From Selaginella moellendorffii (taxonomy: Eukaryota; Plantae; Lycopodiophyta), in NCBI RefSeq assembly GCF_000143415.4, contig NW_003314272.1, positions 1,306,628 through 1,370,627 of the forward strand: a DNA stretch of 64,000 bases, given 5' to 3'. Both the position numbers and the translations under genes were made by a program. The notes under the pieces were generated by a model that saw only the letters and a list, made by a program, of their open reading frames with translations, made no database searches and was not told the DNA's origin. Positions 48,953-62,229 of this stretch are shown piece by piece (position 1 is the stretch's first letter; each line of letters opens with the position of its first letter).

Positions 48953-51013
48953 ATGGCGCCGGGAGGAATGCCCAATTATACCAAGCTCGGCAACGGAGGT
49001 AATACGGGCTCGTATGCAATCCCACCGTCGCCGCCGGCCGATCACAGCAAGGTCCGATCTTCTCATCACACTCTCTTTGAGATGCTGAGCAGTGATCAAG
49101 GCTCGTCCTCGTCTCTGGAACAGCCCCAGTTGTCTACTGCTGCTCAGCACTTCCAGCAAGTCCTTGGGAATCCTCTTCTCCCCCCTCTCCCTCCGCCTTC
49201 GATGTCTCTCATCTCCGTGGTGGATCAACAGCAGCAGCAGCAGCAGCAAATGATCAGGCAACAGCCGCCACAGCAGCCGCAAAATCACTCTTTTCCCATT
49301 CGAAGCAACGCCGGCGCACAGCAGCAGGCTTTAATGCTCGCCCAACAGCAGCAGCAAGAGAGCAGCAAACAGGAATCTCTGCAAGAACGGGTCAATGCGA
49401 TTCTCAGTTGTCCGCTCAACACTTTCAACGACGCATCCACCAGCGATGTCAAGCTCACACTCATCAGTCGGGACGTAGTCGGGGGCCTCACAGTCACTGT
49501 CCATGTCCACACGCGGGTTCTCGTTGCCTCGAGCAGGTATTTTGCCGCTAAGCTTGCTTACAGGCAGCAGCAAGTCCACACTGCGGCCCCTTATTCCGTC
49601 GAGATCTCCGACTGCGAGGACGTCGAGATTTATCTCCTCACTATCCGGCTTATGTACTCGTCCGACTTCAAAAGAATGCTACTCCACGAGAACGTACAAA
49701 GAGTGCTCGCCATTCTCAAGGTTCGTCTTTTCCTTGTTGTCCAAGTTTTTTTTTGTGTTTGTCTGTCGATTGATTTCATGCGGTGTTTCCTGTGGCTGCC
49801 TTGTCCTCGTGCATGGCTTGGCTTTTGTGTGCTGTTATCTATATTCTGGAGATCGTGTTTGATGCCCACATGTTCTTGCTTGATAAGAAAACTGGCTAAA
49901 TGCTGTGAGGTGCGACAGGTTGCATCTGCCATCGTTTTCGAGGCGGCCATTGTAGCAAGTCTGGAGTATTTGGAAGCAGTGCCGTGGTGCGAGGACGAGG
50001 AGGAAAAGATCTTCTGTCTCGTCTCGCAATTACAAAACGACTATCCCTCGGTCGCCGGTAGCGTCCTCGGCAGGCTCGTAAGGCCTGCAAGGCCGTCCGT
50101 GTTGGCTCTCCCGCCACCGATCTGTCCTTCACAAAGGAGCAGTGACAACGACTTCTCGCTACTCCAGCCGGAGGAGGTACTGGTAAAGCTGGTGCGCTGC
50201 GTCATCAAAGCTACCGATGAGAAAGCCCGGCGGGAGATGAAACCACTCGTCTCGAGGCTCTTGCGAGAGAACACAGCAGCACTAGCAAGCAACAAAAGCT
50301 CCACGGCAGGCCTCAACACCACCGCCACCACCACAGTGGTCGACGTGAGCAAAGAGTCGCTCTACGACGCATGCAAGGAGTGCCTCCAGGAGCTGTCGGA
50401 CGCCTTCTCTCGGCTGACCGAGCAGCAGCAGCAGCCAGCATCGTCTGCTCAAGCTCCGAGCCTGGTTTCAGCGGCCATTGCCCGTCACGTCGACAACATC
50501 CAGTGGCTGGCGGAGCTGCTCATCGACCGAGGCGTCGCGGAGGAGCTGGTTCACATCTGGTCCCGCGAGAGTCAGTTGGCCGCGATGCACAGGCTACTCC
50601 CGGCGATGCAGCGGCACGAAGTGAGCCGGATCACGGCGAGGCTGTGCATTGGCATCGGCCGGGGGCAGATAATGGCTCCACAGCAGGTCCGCGCGCTGCT
50701 CCTCGCGACTTGGCTGGAGCCGCTCATGGACGACTTCTCGTGGATGCAAAGGCTGGGCTCCAAGATTACTTGTTCCAGCCTCTGCTACGCCGGTGGCAAT
50801 GGTGGTGGGTTTCTAGTCTTGGATAAGAAGACCGTGGAGGAGGGGCTGTGCCAGACGATTCTCACTCTCTCGCTCGAGGAGCAGCGCTCCATCCTCATGT
50901 CGTGGTTCGAGAAATTCTCCCGGGATGGTGACAATTGTCCGAATTTGCAGCGCGCTTTCGAGGTGTGGTGGAGGAGAACTTTTGCTTCGGGCATTGGGCG
51001 ACAGCCGCAATGA
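48953..51013 (+). CDS. Plant-specific BTB/POZ domain protein (At1g63850/At5g60050-like); exons 48953-49720 and 49919-51013
   Basis: FND..TSDVKLTL, VHTRVLVASSRYFAAKL, CEDVEIYL, LEYLEAVPWCEDEEE, DEKARREMK and CPNLQRAFEVWWRR. Confidence 0.9.
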   Translation: MAPGGMPNYTKLGNGGNTGSYAIPPSPPADHSKVRSSHHTLFEMLSSDQGSSSSLEQPQLSTAAQHFQQVLGNPLLPPLPPPSMSLISVVDQQQQQQQQMIRQQPPQQPQNHSFPIRSNAGAQQQALMLAQQQQQESSKQESLQERVNAILSCPLNTFNDASTSDVKLTLISRDVVGGLTVTVHVHTRVLVASSRYFAAKLAYRQQQVHTAAPYSVEISDCEDVEIYLLTIRLMYSSDFKRMLLHENVQRVLAILKVRLFLVVQVFFCVCLSIDFMRCFLWLPCPRAWLGFCVLLSIFWRSCLMPTCSCLIRKLAKCCEVRQVASAIVFEAAIVASLEYLEAVPWCEDEEEKIFCLVSQLQNDYPSVAGSVLGRLVRPARPSVLALPPPICPSQRSSDNDFSLLQPEEVLVKLVRCVIKATDEKARREMKPLVSRLLRENTAALASNKSSTAGLNTTATTTVVDVSKESLYDACKECLQELSDAFSRLTEQQQQPASSAQAPSLVSAAIARHVDNIQWLAELLIDRGVAEELVHIWSRESQLAAMHRLLPAMQRHEVSRITARLCIGIGRGQIMAPQQVRALLLATWLEPLMDDFSWMQRLGSKITCSSLCYAGGNGGGFLVLDKKTVEEGLCQTILTLSLEEQRSILMSWFEKFSRDGDNCPNLQRAFEVWWRRTFASGIGRQPQ

Positions 51014-51170
51014 AAGTGTTGTTACATTTGCTTGACATAGTCTCCAAAGTTTTTTTTTGCTTTTTTATTTTGTTTTCTTACTGTCCATAGCTAAACAAGC
51101 ATAAGAGCCTCGGAAAATATAGGATCTTTAAGCTTGAGAGAGTTTAAACTCTCCTACGATTTTCACAACC

Positions 51171-52726
51171 ATGGCTGTGATATTTGGTGTATGCTTTGCT
51201 AGTTCCATCTTTCTCTTGGTTGTGTGGAGGATCTTGTCTTCCAAGTTGAATTGTCTTCCACCGGGGCCATGGGGTCTGCCTCTGATCGGCCATCTCCACA
51301 TGCTAAGAGGAATGCCGCCTTACAAGGCACTAGAATCTCTATCTCGGAAGTATGGTCCTATTATGTCCTTGAGGCTGGGAATGATCCCCGCTGTTGTCAT
51401 CTCCAGCAAAGACTTGGCAAGAGAGCTCTTCAACACACACGATGCAAACTTCTCCAACCGGCCATACATGATCATTGGAGACCCTCGCTATGGCTTTGTG
51501 AGCCTGGCAACTTCTTCGTATATTGGGCGGCACTGGAAGAACGTTAGCAAGCTCTACACCAGGATGCTCTTCACGGCCAAGTGTATCGATTCCTTCTCCT
51601 GGGTGAGGAGTGACGAGCTCTCTCATGTCCTTGATTTTGTCTTGAAGTCCAGTGACAGGACCATCGCCGTTGACGTGAGAGTTCTATCGTCGACATTTTT
51701 GTTCAATATCATGTCCCGGATCCTGATGAGCAAGAGGTACTTTGGCCACGGTGGGGCTGATTCTGGCGTGGATGAAGACGCGGTGGAGTTCAAGCAAGTG
51801 ACCCAGGAAGTTATGAGCTTGATCTTGAAACCTTGTGTGAGTAACTTTGTCCCGAGCTACCTGAGGTGGCTCGACTGGCAGATCCCCCGCTACAAGCAAG
51901 TCCGTGCCAAGCAGGACAAGTTCATGCAAAAGGTTGTGGATGAGCACAAGAAGACGACGAGAGAGTCCAAGGACCTCGTGGACATGGCGCTCGAATTCTT
52001 TCGAGGAGACGCACAAGCCGAGCTCTACACTAAAGCCAGCTTGTTGGTAAGAACACCTTTTTTCTTGGATAATCGTCCATATGCAATCAACTTTCAGGAA
52101 ACCCTTTTGGGTGGAACTGAGACAACTGGCGTCACTTGTGATGGATCATGGCGGCAGTGATGCACATTCCGCAGGTCTTAACAAACCTCCAGGAAGAGCT
52201 CCAAAGAGTTGTGGGAAGCACAGGAATGGTTCGAGAATCGGACATCTCGAAGCTGGAGTATCTTCAGGCCGTCATCAAGGAAACGTTCCGGCGGTATCCT
52301 CCAGCAACACTCCTCATGCCACGCACCGCCCACAAAGCAACCACGATTGGAGGCTATCACATCCCAAAGGGCACCACCTTGCTCGTAAACTCGTGGGCGA
52401 TTGGGATGGATCCGGCAGTGTGGGAGGATCCCACCCAGTTCCTCCCCGAGCGTTTCCTGGGGATCTCTATCGATATCAAAGGCCATGACTTCGAGCTCAT
52501 CCCATTTGGATCCGGTAGACGAAAATGCCCAGGAATGGCATTGGGATTGCGAGCAGTGGAGCTGCTCGTGGCAAATCTCATCCATGGCTTTCACTGGAGC
52601 TTCGTTCCCGGGATGACATTGTCCATGGAGGATGAGTGTCACAGCGTCTCTCAGCTAAAGATTCCATTGCAAGCAATAGCCGTGCCAAGGCTACCAAAGG
52701 AAGTATATGCTAATTATTTAGAATAA
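51171..52726 (+). pseudogene. CYP71-clan P450 with a single 1-bp frameshift at ~52141 in the I-helix; exons 51171-52046 and 52098-52726
   Basis: All motifs are intact (PPGPWGLP, GGTET, ETFR, PERF, FGSGRRKCPG). TGT-GA-TGG lacks one base compared with paralogous GAG-TGG (EW). Confidence 0.85.
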
Positions 52727-53824
52727 TTTTAGAATATTCAAATGGGGCACCATTAAATTAAAGGACTAGCTAGGATCCCAGCTCCGAGTACACCAAAGTA
52801 TAATAAATTATTTAAGCTACAATTTTTATTACATTCATGAAAAACTTTGTGAGGACACTAAATAGCATTAGAGAGAATATATGTTGGATCTAAGAAATGC
52901 TTAATAATTTGTAGCAACAAACTGTTATGGATTAAAGATGAAACATTAGTTATAAACACAATAATGGATTTATTCTTTAAAAGCAAGTTATATGGTGAAT
53001 ATGAATCATTAGATTACAGCAAAGAATAGTCATATGTGGGAAAGAATAAGTTTCTGTCATTGGTTGGTTAGTTGTGTATGTATGTTGGACTTATATGTAG
53101 TAAAGGGTACTTTGTGGCCAACCTAGAAATAATATTTTGTAATAAGAAATTGAGAAAACTATCAATGTCTTAATTTACCATTCACTTGTAAGGCTGTCTT
53201 GAGCATATACACATACACACACTTTTTCTCCAACAATGGCAGAAAGAACTTTATATATACTTGAGTTAGAAAGTAATCAGTATAAAAGTGGAATTCTCTC
53301 CCTACTTGAGTAGTTTAAATAAACGCTAAGTTTATTTTCATTAATAAAAAGAAAAAGATATCAGAAATGCTTTGGAGAACCATGTGTTTCCTTTTGGATT
53401 AGCCATTAGGTTACAGCTGTATAAAAAGCTTTTCTCTTAGAGCACATATTTGCAATGATTAATATGGTTGTTATAGAAAGATAATGCCATAAGGGATTCT
53501 AATGACATGGATTGTCCCATTTCCAAGCTACATCAAGAGCATTTAACTTCATGAATTTGGGGAGTTGTTGTGTTAATCACAGAGTTAATGCCTTTTAATA
53601 AAATTAATACTAGCATAGAAAAAGTTTTATTTAGGGTTTACTTATTTATCTTTATCCTCCAAACAGTCTCAAAGAAATTAAAGTAAAATGATTGAAGATC
53701 TTTTATTAAAGGTTGAGATTGACATCTTTTAGAGTGCTTCGATTAATTGATAAATAAAATCTTTATTCTTTTCTTAATAAATTTATAAGATTTAGAAATA
53801 TTTACAAAGGATTATTATTATTTT

Positions 53825-54490
53825 ATGGCTATGATGTTGTTTACTATTATTAGCATAGTAACAATTGAATTAGTTTTAATCCATATATAAGCTAGGGTTT
53901 TTGGGCTAATCAAATACATTTCTATATTCCATACACCTACATTAGTGAAGATGAAGAGTAATTTTAATTCTCCTTGACAAGTGCTTAAATTTGTGTATTT
54001 GGTTTAGTTTTTGCATTGTCTAAATCTCTTTAATTCTTGTAGCTTTTCCATTTATTCTCTTTTGCTTTTTTTATTTTCATTCATCTTTATGGCATAATAG
54101 AATACTCCTCCTTTGCAGAAGCATCTTCCTCTTTTGACTCTAAAATAACAATTGATGCAATTGCTTAATGCTATGTAGTTGCAATTGAATAATGAAACTT
54201 AGTTGATAGTAATATTCATGATGTATGGTGAAACTTCTCTCGCCTTTGATGCCAATCTTTATGTCTGGCTAAATTTCTTCAATGGGAATCTTGATGATGA
54301 TGCATATAGTTGGTTTGATCACTTTATGGTGATTGATGATGCCCAATATTAATATGAGTTTCCCACATGTCTCAAGGGACAGCATTGTAATGGTACATTG
54401 GTTTAAGTACAACCACTCATGTAAATTGGAACTTTCTCCCTAACATATGGACCTAATATTTCAAAATAGATCAAGTTGGGAATGTTGTGC
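53825..54490 (+). mobile_element. Third remnant of the A/B Gypsy family (LTR, leader, gag fragment)
   Basis: ATATATAAGCTAGGGTTTTTGGGCTAAT, TTAGTGAAGATGAAG, TGATGCAATTGCTTAATGCTATG, TGGTTTGATCACTTT and GATCAAGTTGGGAATGTT match 1250-2210 and 6095-6150. Confidence 0.85.
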
Positions 54491-55789
54491 TCAGTAATAA
54501 TATTTTCAAAATATATTAAAATTTAAGTTTATTTTAATTTTATTTTATTTTAAAATAATATGTATTGTTTCAAGATTATCATTTGTGAATAAAGTTTCAA
54601 ATTCTTCATTCTCTAAATTATATTTTTGATATGTTCATTATAAAGAACATAAAAATAAATAAATAAACTTAGATCTAACATATTACAATATACAAGAATA
54701 ATATAATGACATTTTTATTTTTTAAAGTATAACATAATATAATTGCTAACATATAATATCAACTATAAACTATTTCTTAAATGAATTTCTTAAAAAAAAC
54801 TTATAATCTACATATATAGCTTTGATTTACATTAATTTTAAGTTTGATATTTTTTGAGGATTTTTATAAGTGAGAATAATTTTCGTAAGTCTTCAAGAGT
54901 AGAGTTCTCTACAAAAATAATGATATTTTTGAGATGTTCTTAAGAATTGCATGTTTGGAATATATACATCTCCAAAAATTTCTCTAAATAGCAAAATACA
55001 ATACATCTTTATGAAATATATGCTTGTGTCATTCTGACCTTGTAAGCATTGGTTTGTAGTCAAACAAAGCCACAAAGGCTACAACAGGCAGTACAATGTA
55101 CTTCTATTTAACTATTTATTAGAGCAAGAAAATATCATACTACACCTTATAGTTTCTCATTCCCTAGACATTCCTCAAATGTTGCTTGTAGAATTCCAAA
55201 AGTTGTAACTTGACTACCATAAAACATAAAAGAAGCAGCAAAAAAGTACCATTCATGTTTTAAAAGTTTTTCTCTGTTATTGAAAGATATCCAAAGGAGG
55301 TTAACACTTCAAAGCCTCACAAGCACCTCATAAATTTCCCTTAAAGAAATGATGTGCAGTTCTATAGTTCTTTAAGAATATTTGCCAGTTTGCATCTGTC
55401 TTCGAACATGTCTTTGTTAGGTCCATTGGAGCAAAGGGTAAACATAAATGCAAAGTTTTCATAAATATCATTTCCTTCCAAAATACAGAAGCAACAGAAA
55501 TGAATTAGAATAGTGGAGGCATGAGAATACATAGGGTATCATCTTGTATGAGGTACAATTCAGTAGAATATTTTTTTCTTTTTTAATTACAGAAGTTTTG
55601 AAACTTTTATAGAATAGTCTGGATGTGGCCTAAAGAAGGAAGATTGTATGAAGGAAATTTTGTATGAAATTGTAAATGTTTATCTTCACTTTCTCGAGCA
55701 CATCAAGATTTTGCTTTAGGAAACCATCAGCCATTGAGTTGTGACCAGCATTTATGTACATGTTGAGCATGTCCAGAGACTCTCCTTTG

Positions 55790-56292
55790 TCATCCAACTC
55801 ATCCATGCTCCGTAGGCCACCTTGCAAGGCATGCTGTTGTAGGGGCACATACTGCTTAAGAGCTTTGGGATTGTTCACAGTGACTCAGTAAGCTTCTGGA
55901 GCTTCAAGTAGCTCTCTTCAGTTAATCTCACAAACAGATTTCGTCCAATGAGCACAACAGCACTCTTTGGCCATCCTGTCTCAAAGCTGTCTTTGGAGAG
56001 CACGAATTTGCATGCCTCTGGTGTGGCAACCAAGATGGTGGGCTGCTAGAACAGAAACACCTTGTAAAACCCACTCGATTATACCTGAAACCAAGAAGTG
56101 ACCCATGAAAGAGCATGGTAATCCAGACTTGAAGGCTCTGAGAAAAGCAGCCATGTTGATAAAGATGGGCCATCCAAGCGGACCCGGTGGAAGTACCGGC
56201 TCATAGTACCACTTGTGTAAAAATCTCAAGAATGTCGGCAAAGCAGTCACTGCCATGTTGCTTTTCCAGTGATGGAGGAGGAAGAACCCCAT
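55790..56292 (-). pseudogene. CYP88 / ent-kaurenoic acid oxidase-like N-terminal fragment
   Basis: Joining frames gives WYYE..LPPGPLGWPIFINMAAFLRAFKSG..SF, YKVFLF*QPTILVATPEACKFVL..DSFETGWPKSAVVLIGR..F, KLQKLT...VNNPKALKQYVP, matching KAO (LPPGDLGWP.IGNM..FLRAFK, F.PGWP.ST..LIG). Confidence 0.8.
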
Positions 56293-56399
56293 AATGGTAC
56301 AGCGTTGGCACTCAACTATGGCGTCTGATTAATTGAGCAGCCAGTCACGTTCATATTAGTGGCTCCAATGACGATAACTCGAGAGCACCAGTGCTGTAT

Positions 56400-58330
56400 T
56401 GGCAGTGCACTCCTCGTTGGGAAATTTCAAGCAAATACTGGATATTTTGATCGGCTCCAAAACTGTAAAAAAGTAATAAAACACAAATTTCAGGATTGTA
56501 TCCCCACTGCAAGAATATGGCAACCATAAATTCTCTGCCTTTCATTATAGAGCTCAATGCTGAATCTCAATAGTTTCCAATCAAAAGAACCAAAATAAAT
56601 AAATCCCAGTTTCTGCCACTCCTGGGAATAAGAAGGGAGACCTGCAATAGGAAAAACAGGCTGTAAAACACACAAGCACCTCCAAAAGCTCATTCATTGG
56701 AAATAAGAACAACTACTTTTTCTAGAATTCAACATATTCTACTTTACCATAAATTACCTGGACACAGTTTCATGAGTTTAAGGTTGATTAAACCTGCAAT
56801 CCTTACTATTATGTGCTGAGATTACTTCATTTTCACATTTTTACATCTTCATTTTCCGATCCATCTTTTCTCCTATAGAAACATCAAACATCAGTAAGTG
56901 ATCCACATCAATGAGAAAAAAATGTGCCACAAAGATATCAGAGTAAATAACAATAAAAAGAATAGTTGTATTGATCGTGAGCCATTAACTTGAATGCCAC
57001 AGCAGTTTGTAAAATAATCACAAGACTGGATGTGTAGTTTAAAATGGCACAAAAGGGAAGAGACCTCTCTTACCTCACTTATTTGATCAAGAAAAACATG
57101 ACTTGTCATCTTTCGCTCTGAAACATATACAAAGTGAGCAAGTGAAAGGAGTTGAGAATGTAAAGGCACACATACCTGGTGAGCTTGATGACACAGCAAA
57201 AGTGTCCATGCCAACATCAATCCTAGAGGCCCCACCTTGATAAGGCTACTTGCATTCTACAATTGCTGCTGGATCATTGCTGCCATCTTCACTCAGACTG
57301 GGACTCAGCTCAAAAGTAACAATGTTTGTCAAGATAAATGCTACTTTCTTCATGAATGACAAATATCATTGGTGTTATTCAGACTGAGAAGGACTGTCTC
57401 CATTATAAAGCCACATTAATAAAAAAGAGCATAAGTGAAAGCAATGGAAAACATGAGAGCAATACCAAGAAAAGAACAAAAGAAGGAAGCAAGAACAAAT
57501 GTTGGAGTTCTGTACTGGTGTTTGTAAGTGAATCCAAGCGTTCCCTTGCTGGCCTGGCATACTCACAAGAGGAGGACAACAAAAGGCCTCGTCCAGTAGT
57601 TTGCGCCGCCAAGGTTTCACTGCCATCAAGGCCAGCAAGCCAAATTTCCGTCCAGTTGCTCACCTAAAGAGATTGTAGGATTTTGCAACTTCTACCACAT
57701 TCTGTTCATCATTTGGTTTTACTATTACTTTAAAGATTGAATCAGCAACTCACCACAGCTGAGAATAGTTTGAACCAGCTACGTTCTGGCACATAAGAGA
57801 ATTGGTATGCTATTCACATGGAATCACGTCAAGGAGTGAGCAACTGAAACTAAGCTTTTCATGAAGGCAAGAACAAATAAAAAATGAAATAAAATTACCA
57901 GTCCTCCCCCCTGGGTCAAGCAGATAAATTCTAATTGCTGACCCACTGTATTGGCCAGTGCCGGGTGCTTCCTAGCCTGAGTGGCATGACACAAGATCAG
58001 ATCACCCGAAAGAACACAAAACCTAAGGAGTTACCTGCTAATTTCCAGAGCTTTCTCATGGAACCCAAGGAGAGCCTCTTCCCACAATAGTCCACTTTCT
58101 TTTTTATTGAAACGACCAAGGAAACAAACAGTTGTCAAACACACTTGAGGAGAGTTACTTACCTCCTAAACTTGATTAGCTGCTGATGGTGAATGTATCA
58201 CCTGGCTCTTTTCAATCTTGGCATATGCAACTCACTGTCCTTGGCAAATAAAAAGGTTCTGTAGGATGCTTGTCAATGCTCTGGTATGGAGTGCTGAGCA
58301 TGTTGACCACATGCAAACCAGCCAGTTCTC
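56400..58330 (-). pseudogene. Unidentified multi-exon gene fragments
   Basis: Repeated minus-strand donor/acceptor pairs flanking short coding-like blocks that contain stops; product not recognised. Confidence 0.35.
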
Positions 58331-58794
58331 GCCTCTCTAGGATGTTCCTTTTGACAGAAGAATAGTACACAATGGCCAGCTCAATCTAGGGCATTGGAAT
58401 TTGAAGACATCACAGCCAATTCTTGCATCTACAAGAACAAACAATGGAGGCTGAAGTGGAATCCAGAAAAGCTTACCTTCCATATACCAACTTATAGCAT
58501 GGAAGGAGAGTCCTGCAGCCAAGTTGTGACACAGAGAAAGAGAGGCCAAGCTGTGACACACACACACACACACAGCTTGCAGCTCACAATCTGCCTTAAA
58601 AATTTCCTTGATTTGGAGCGTCATTAAAATCACATTGAAGCATTGCCACCCCTTTGGCACTTGATCTATGCTGTCTATTTGAAGTTTTTGAATTTAAACC
58701 GTTAGATTATAAGCATATTCACAAATAATATTCTCAAAATGGAATAAAAGACGCCAGATGCCATATGCCAATATCACTTTTAAATAAGGGAGTA

Positions 58795-58821
58795 CTAGCA
58801 AAAGTCCCAGCTACGCTGGGA
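58795..58821 (-). mobile_element. Helitron 3' terminus (hairpin plus CTAG, followed by T)
   Basis: Minus strand reads TCCCAGC-GTA-GCTGGGA (7-bp stem), CTTTTG, CTAG, T. A related degenerate end ACTAGCTAGGATCCCAGCTCCG lies at 52765-52786. Confidence 0.7.
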
Positions 58822-59825
58822 GCATCGTGTTTATTCCTGATGTTTTAGTAATTTCAAAGAGTTGTAATTGTAATTGTAATTTTTAACATAATCATTATTA
58901 TAGCATACATAATTAAACATAATATAATATTTATATTGAAAGTCCCTTTTACATAATTTATGCTTAATATATAAATTATTGTTATATTATAACATGCTAT
59001 ATTATAATGTATATATAATTTTTTGTTTTTTTAGTATCATGATTTTAATGATATTAAAATATTATAGAATAAGTTATTAATATCTTAAATCATAATTTAT
59101 AGTATAATTTGTGTAACCAGAAGCCCATGCATGCATTTTCATAAAGTGTGGAATACAAATAGATTTCCTATTCCATCTACATGATCAACAAGAAATAGAT
59201 GTGACTCACTCTTATTGTTTAATGCTAGCTTCCAATAGTGCTGGCTGGATGGTGTCACCCTAATAACTTGGATATGAGCATACATCACTTTTTTTCTCTG
59301 TGGCAAGTTGGCACATTGTGGCAGCATTACATCTTGAATCTCTATCAGATCCTCATCACTATCAAGCTTCAAAAAAGCTAATCAGCTCACTACCCTGGCC
59401 TGAATTACCCTAATGCCTGGCTAGATAAAGAAGATATATCTTAGCCCACATATCAATGTAGAGTTCAAATGGCCAGTCCCGCATGTAGAGCTTCTACATT
59501 GGAAACAATTTTCCAAAGATATTTGTCATCACAACGTCTGCTTTCCATTGAAAAAAAATGCAAAGGAGACATGATAATGCATTGAGAGAAAAAATACAAG
59601 AAACAACCTTGTGTTTCTTTCAGTTAGATTCACTGTTTGTTTCAGAGTTCAAGTAAAAAAGGTTTCTCACGAAAAGAATAGCAGATTGTATAATTTATGA
59701 TGTTGAAGTGTTCAGAGTACATCCACACTTTCATACTTTGCATTTATACATTTTTATAAGTAACTAAAATTTATTTTCAAATATAATACCTACAGTCAAA
59801 AAAGTTATATGTGTATTAATACTAA

Positions 59826-59970
59826 ATTATAATAGTGCATTAGCATTTGCATCAATAGGTGCAAACATTGAAGAGGTTGCAGTAGGTGACCCTTATTATT
59901 TTAAAATACATGGACAAGTTTATCATAATATTGGTTTATTCACAGTTATATATTTTAGATACTGCTCAAG
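59826..59970 (+). mobile_element. Helitron RepHel protein fragment
   Basis: Translates as NYNSALAFASIGANIEEVAVGDPYYFKIHGQVYHNIG...QLYILD, the conserved RepHel motif (N..FAF.S.G....GPY.F.I.GQ.YH.IG; QLYI.D). Confidence 0.75.
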
Positions 59971-62229
59971 TAACAGAAATAAGTATGGTAAATAAGTATT
60001 GAAATAATAAATCAGTGATATGATTTGTGATTTTTTGAGAACATTTGCTTGTGCTTCATCAGCATTTCACTTGACAAGTTCTTGTCAACTCATCCATGAT
60101 GTTTTGCATTTTATCTAACACTTATTTTGCTTTTACTTTTGATTGTTGCCTACTTGACGGTTTGTTTGCATGGTTGGGTGTGTAGAATTTATTGTCTTTA
60201 TCCATCTTCCTCTTGCCACTTTTTATGATTAGAAACTTAATACATACATAGGTAAACTTCATGTTTATGTTAAGCATTAGTCCTTAATTCTTACCATCAC
60301 ATCTCACCATTGTGGAGTTATCATTCTCCATCTCTTAAAAAATTTGGAGAGGTTTTTTTTTAATCAACCTAACTTCTTTTGAGCCATCCATCAAAACTCT
60401 TATTCAGTTTCTATATAATAGTTGTGCTAACAGTGCATATACACGTGACTTAGATAGAAAATAAAGAGATAGTTTGAATTCAAGTCTCGGCAATAATGAA
60501 GCTCCTACAAAGCACAGAACTCATATGCTCACGCTTCACACACTTAAGCATATCCATCGCCACCTTTTGATCATCTCTCCAAGTCCTCATGAACTTTACA
60601 GGCACTAAGCAGTCACTAAGAAGTGAATGACATTCTCTTGATGAACCTATCTGCATCTTGTATTAGTTTAGTTCTCTTGAGAAAGTCTCCCACAGTACGT
60701 GCTCGTGTGATAAGTCCACATTATCCACATTCTCATTATCATCAGGGTCATACAAGAGTGGAAGTGCCTGGAAATTTAGAAGCAGAGAAAACATTGTTCA
60801 AGTTATTACTTTCTGATCATTCCCAGAAGAAATAAGTGAAGAGTTAGGCAGCACACTGAGTACAAGAGTCACCAAATCTGTGATCCATACGCCACAAATA
60901 GTTGAGAACCGTATGGAACTGTTTGCAGGACTTTCCCAGAGGCTCATTATGCGAAGCCAATGTTGTTGTTGTCCTTGTGTTCTCCACCACATCATGTGAA
61001 GGAAAGACAGAGACAAATAGGGATCATCATAACAATCTCGAGGCTACCCCACCATGTGGAGATGATTCCAGTGGAGTGGTTCCATAAAGCTTCTCGATCT
61101 AGGCCCCAAGAACATGTTATATTGAAATCCCTAGCAATGGCACTACCACAGAGAATGCTACCGTCCCAACTCCATGCTCAAGCCCTGGAAGAATGCGTGA
61201 AGCCCTATCTTCCGGCCTGCTATGAGAGTTCTAAACAGCACGGGAGGGATTTTTTTTGGTGGGTTCCTCTTCGCAGTGAATGGATTCTCTTTAGTGAGTG
61301 TGCAGTTCCATGTGCTGATATCAGTAGCACTAAAGAGGAGGAAAATTCTGTATTGGGACAGCGAGCATAACTGCGAGTGTGCGCTCATATTTACATGATT
61401 CTGAGTCTGCGCAAGCGTGGAATTTAAGTAAGCTTTTGCAAAAGTGACCGTGAGTGATATGGTGTAAGCTTTGCATTGCTTACTTGTTGCTTAGTGCTTC
61501 AACAGGAATACCAGAGGAGAAGAGACATCTTGTGACAGGCCAACTCTAGGCTCCATGGTTCATGTGGAGTACACAGCCTGATTATGTAGAGGAGCTGTTG
61601 ATATAAATGTAGAGAAGCAAGGTGACTTTGAGCTTGAACTGAGCAGTGGGCTTGTACTTGGCCTTCTCGACACATATGTTACTGTTATGTGTGTTGGTCA
61701 GAGTGCTCACTTAGAGCAAAGAGGGAAAGACATTTGCTATTTTTTGTAGCCAGTCAAGGGTAGAAGACACCTTATATATAATGTAGTATTACAACACAAA
61801 TACAATTGAATCTGGCACCACTTCACTTAATTTGTCCTCAGACATGTGATGCTAATAGTAATTGGATTTGTACAGCACCATGTCCTTGTAGAGAAACGCA
61901 TGGTCATCATTACCACTTCTAGAGCTGCTGCTCTGGATCACTGCCACCACGTTGAAGCTCACCTTGCCTCAAAGTGATAGAGCAAACCAGGACCTCATCA
62001 ATCGGGTGATGACGGACCCTGTAAGATCTTCATCCCTGTCCCTCGTGAGATCTTCGTCCCTGTCCCTCGCACTGCCCTTCTCACCTGGCTGCTACGTACA
62101 TGTGACTGATCCCAAACTGGTGGAGGATTCTCATGGCCTTGAGATCTTCTCACTGGTGATGCTGCTGCTGCTACTGCTGTGATTCAGACTCCAAATCTCC
62201 TCTCTCTCTCTCTCCAGCCACTGCTGTCG

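Noticed and set aside
60400-61500. Short ORFs with coding-like composition
   Set aside because: No frame gave a recognisable domain; probably a decayed repeat or captured fragment.
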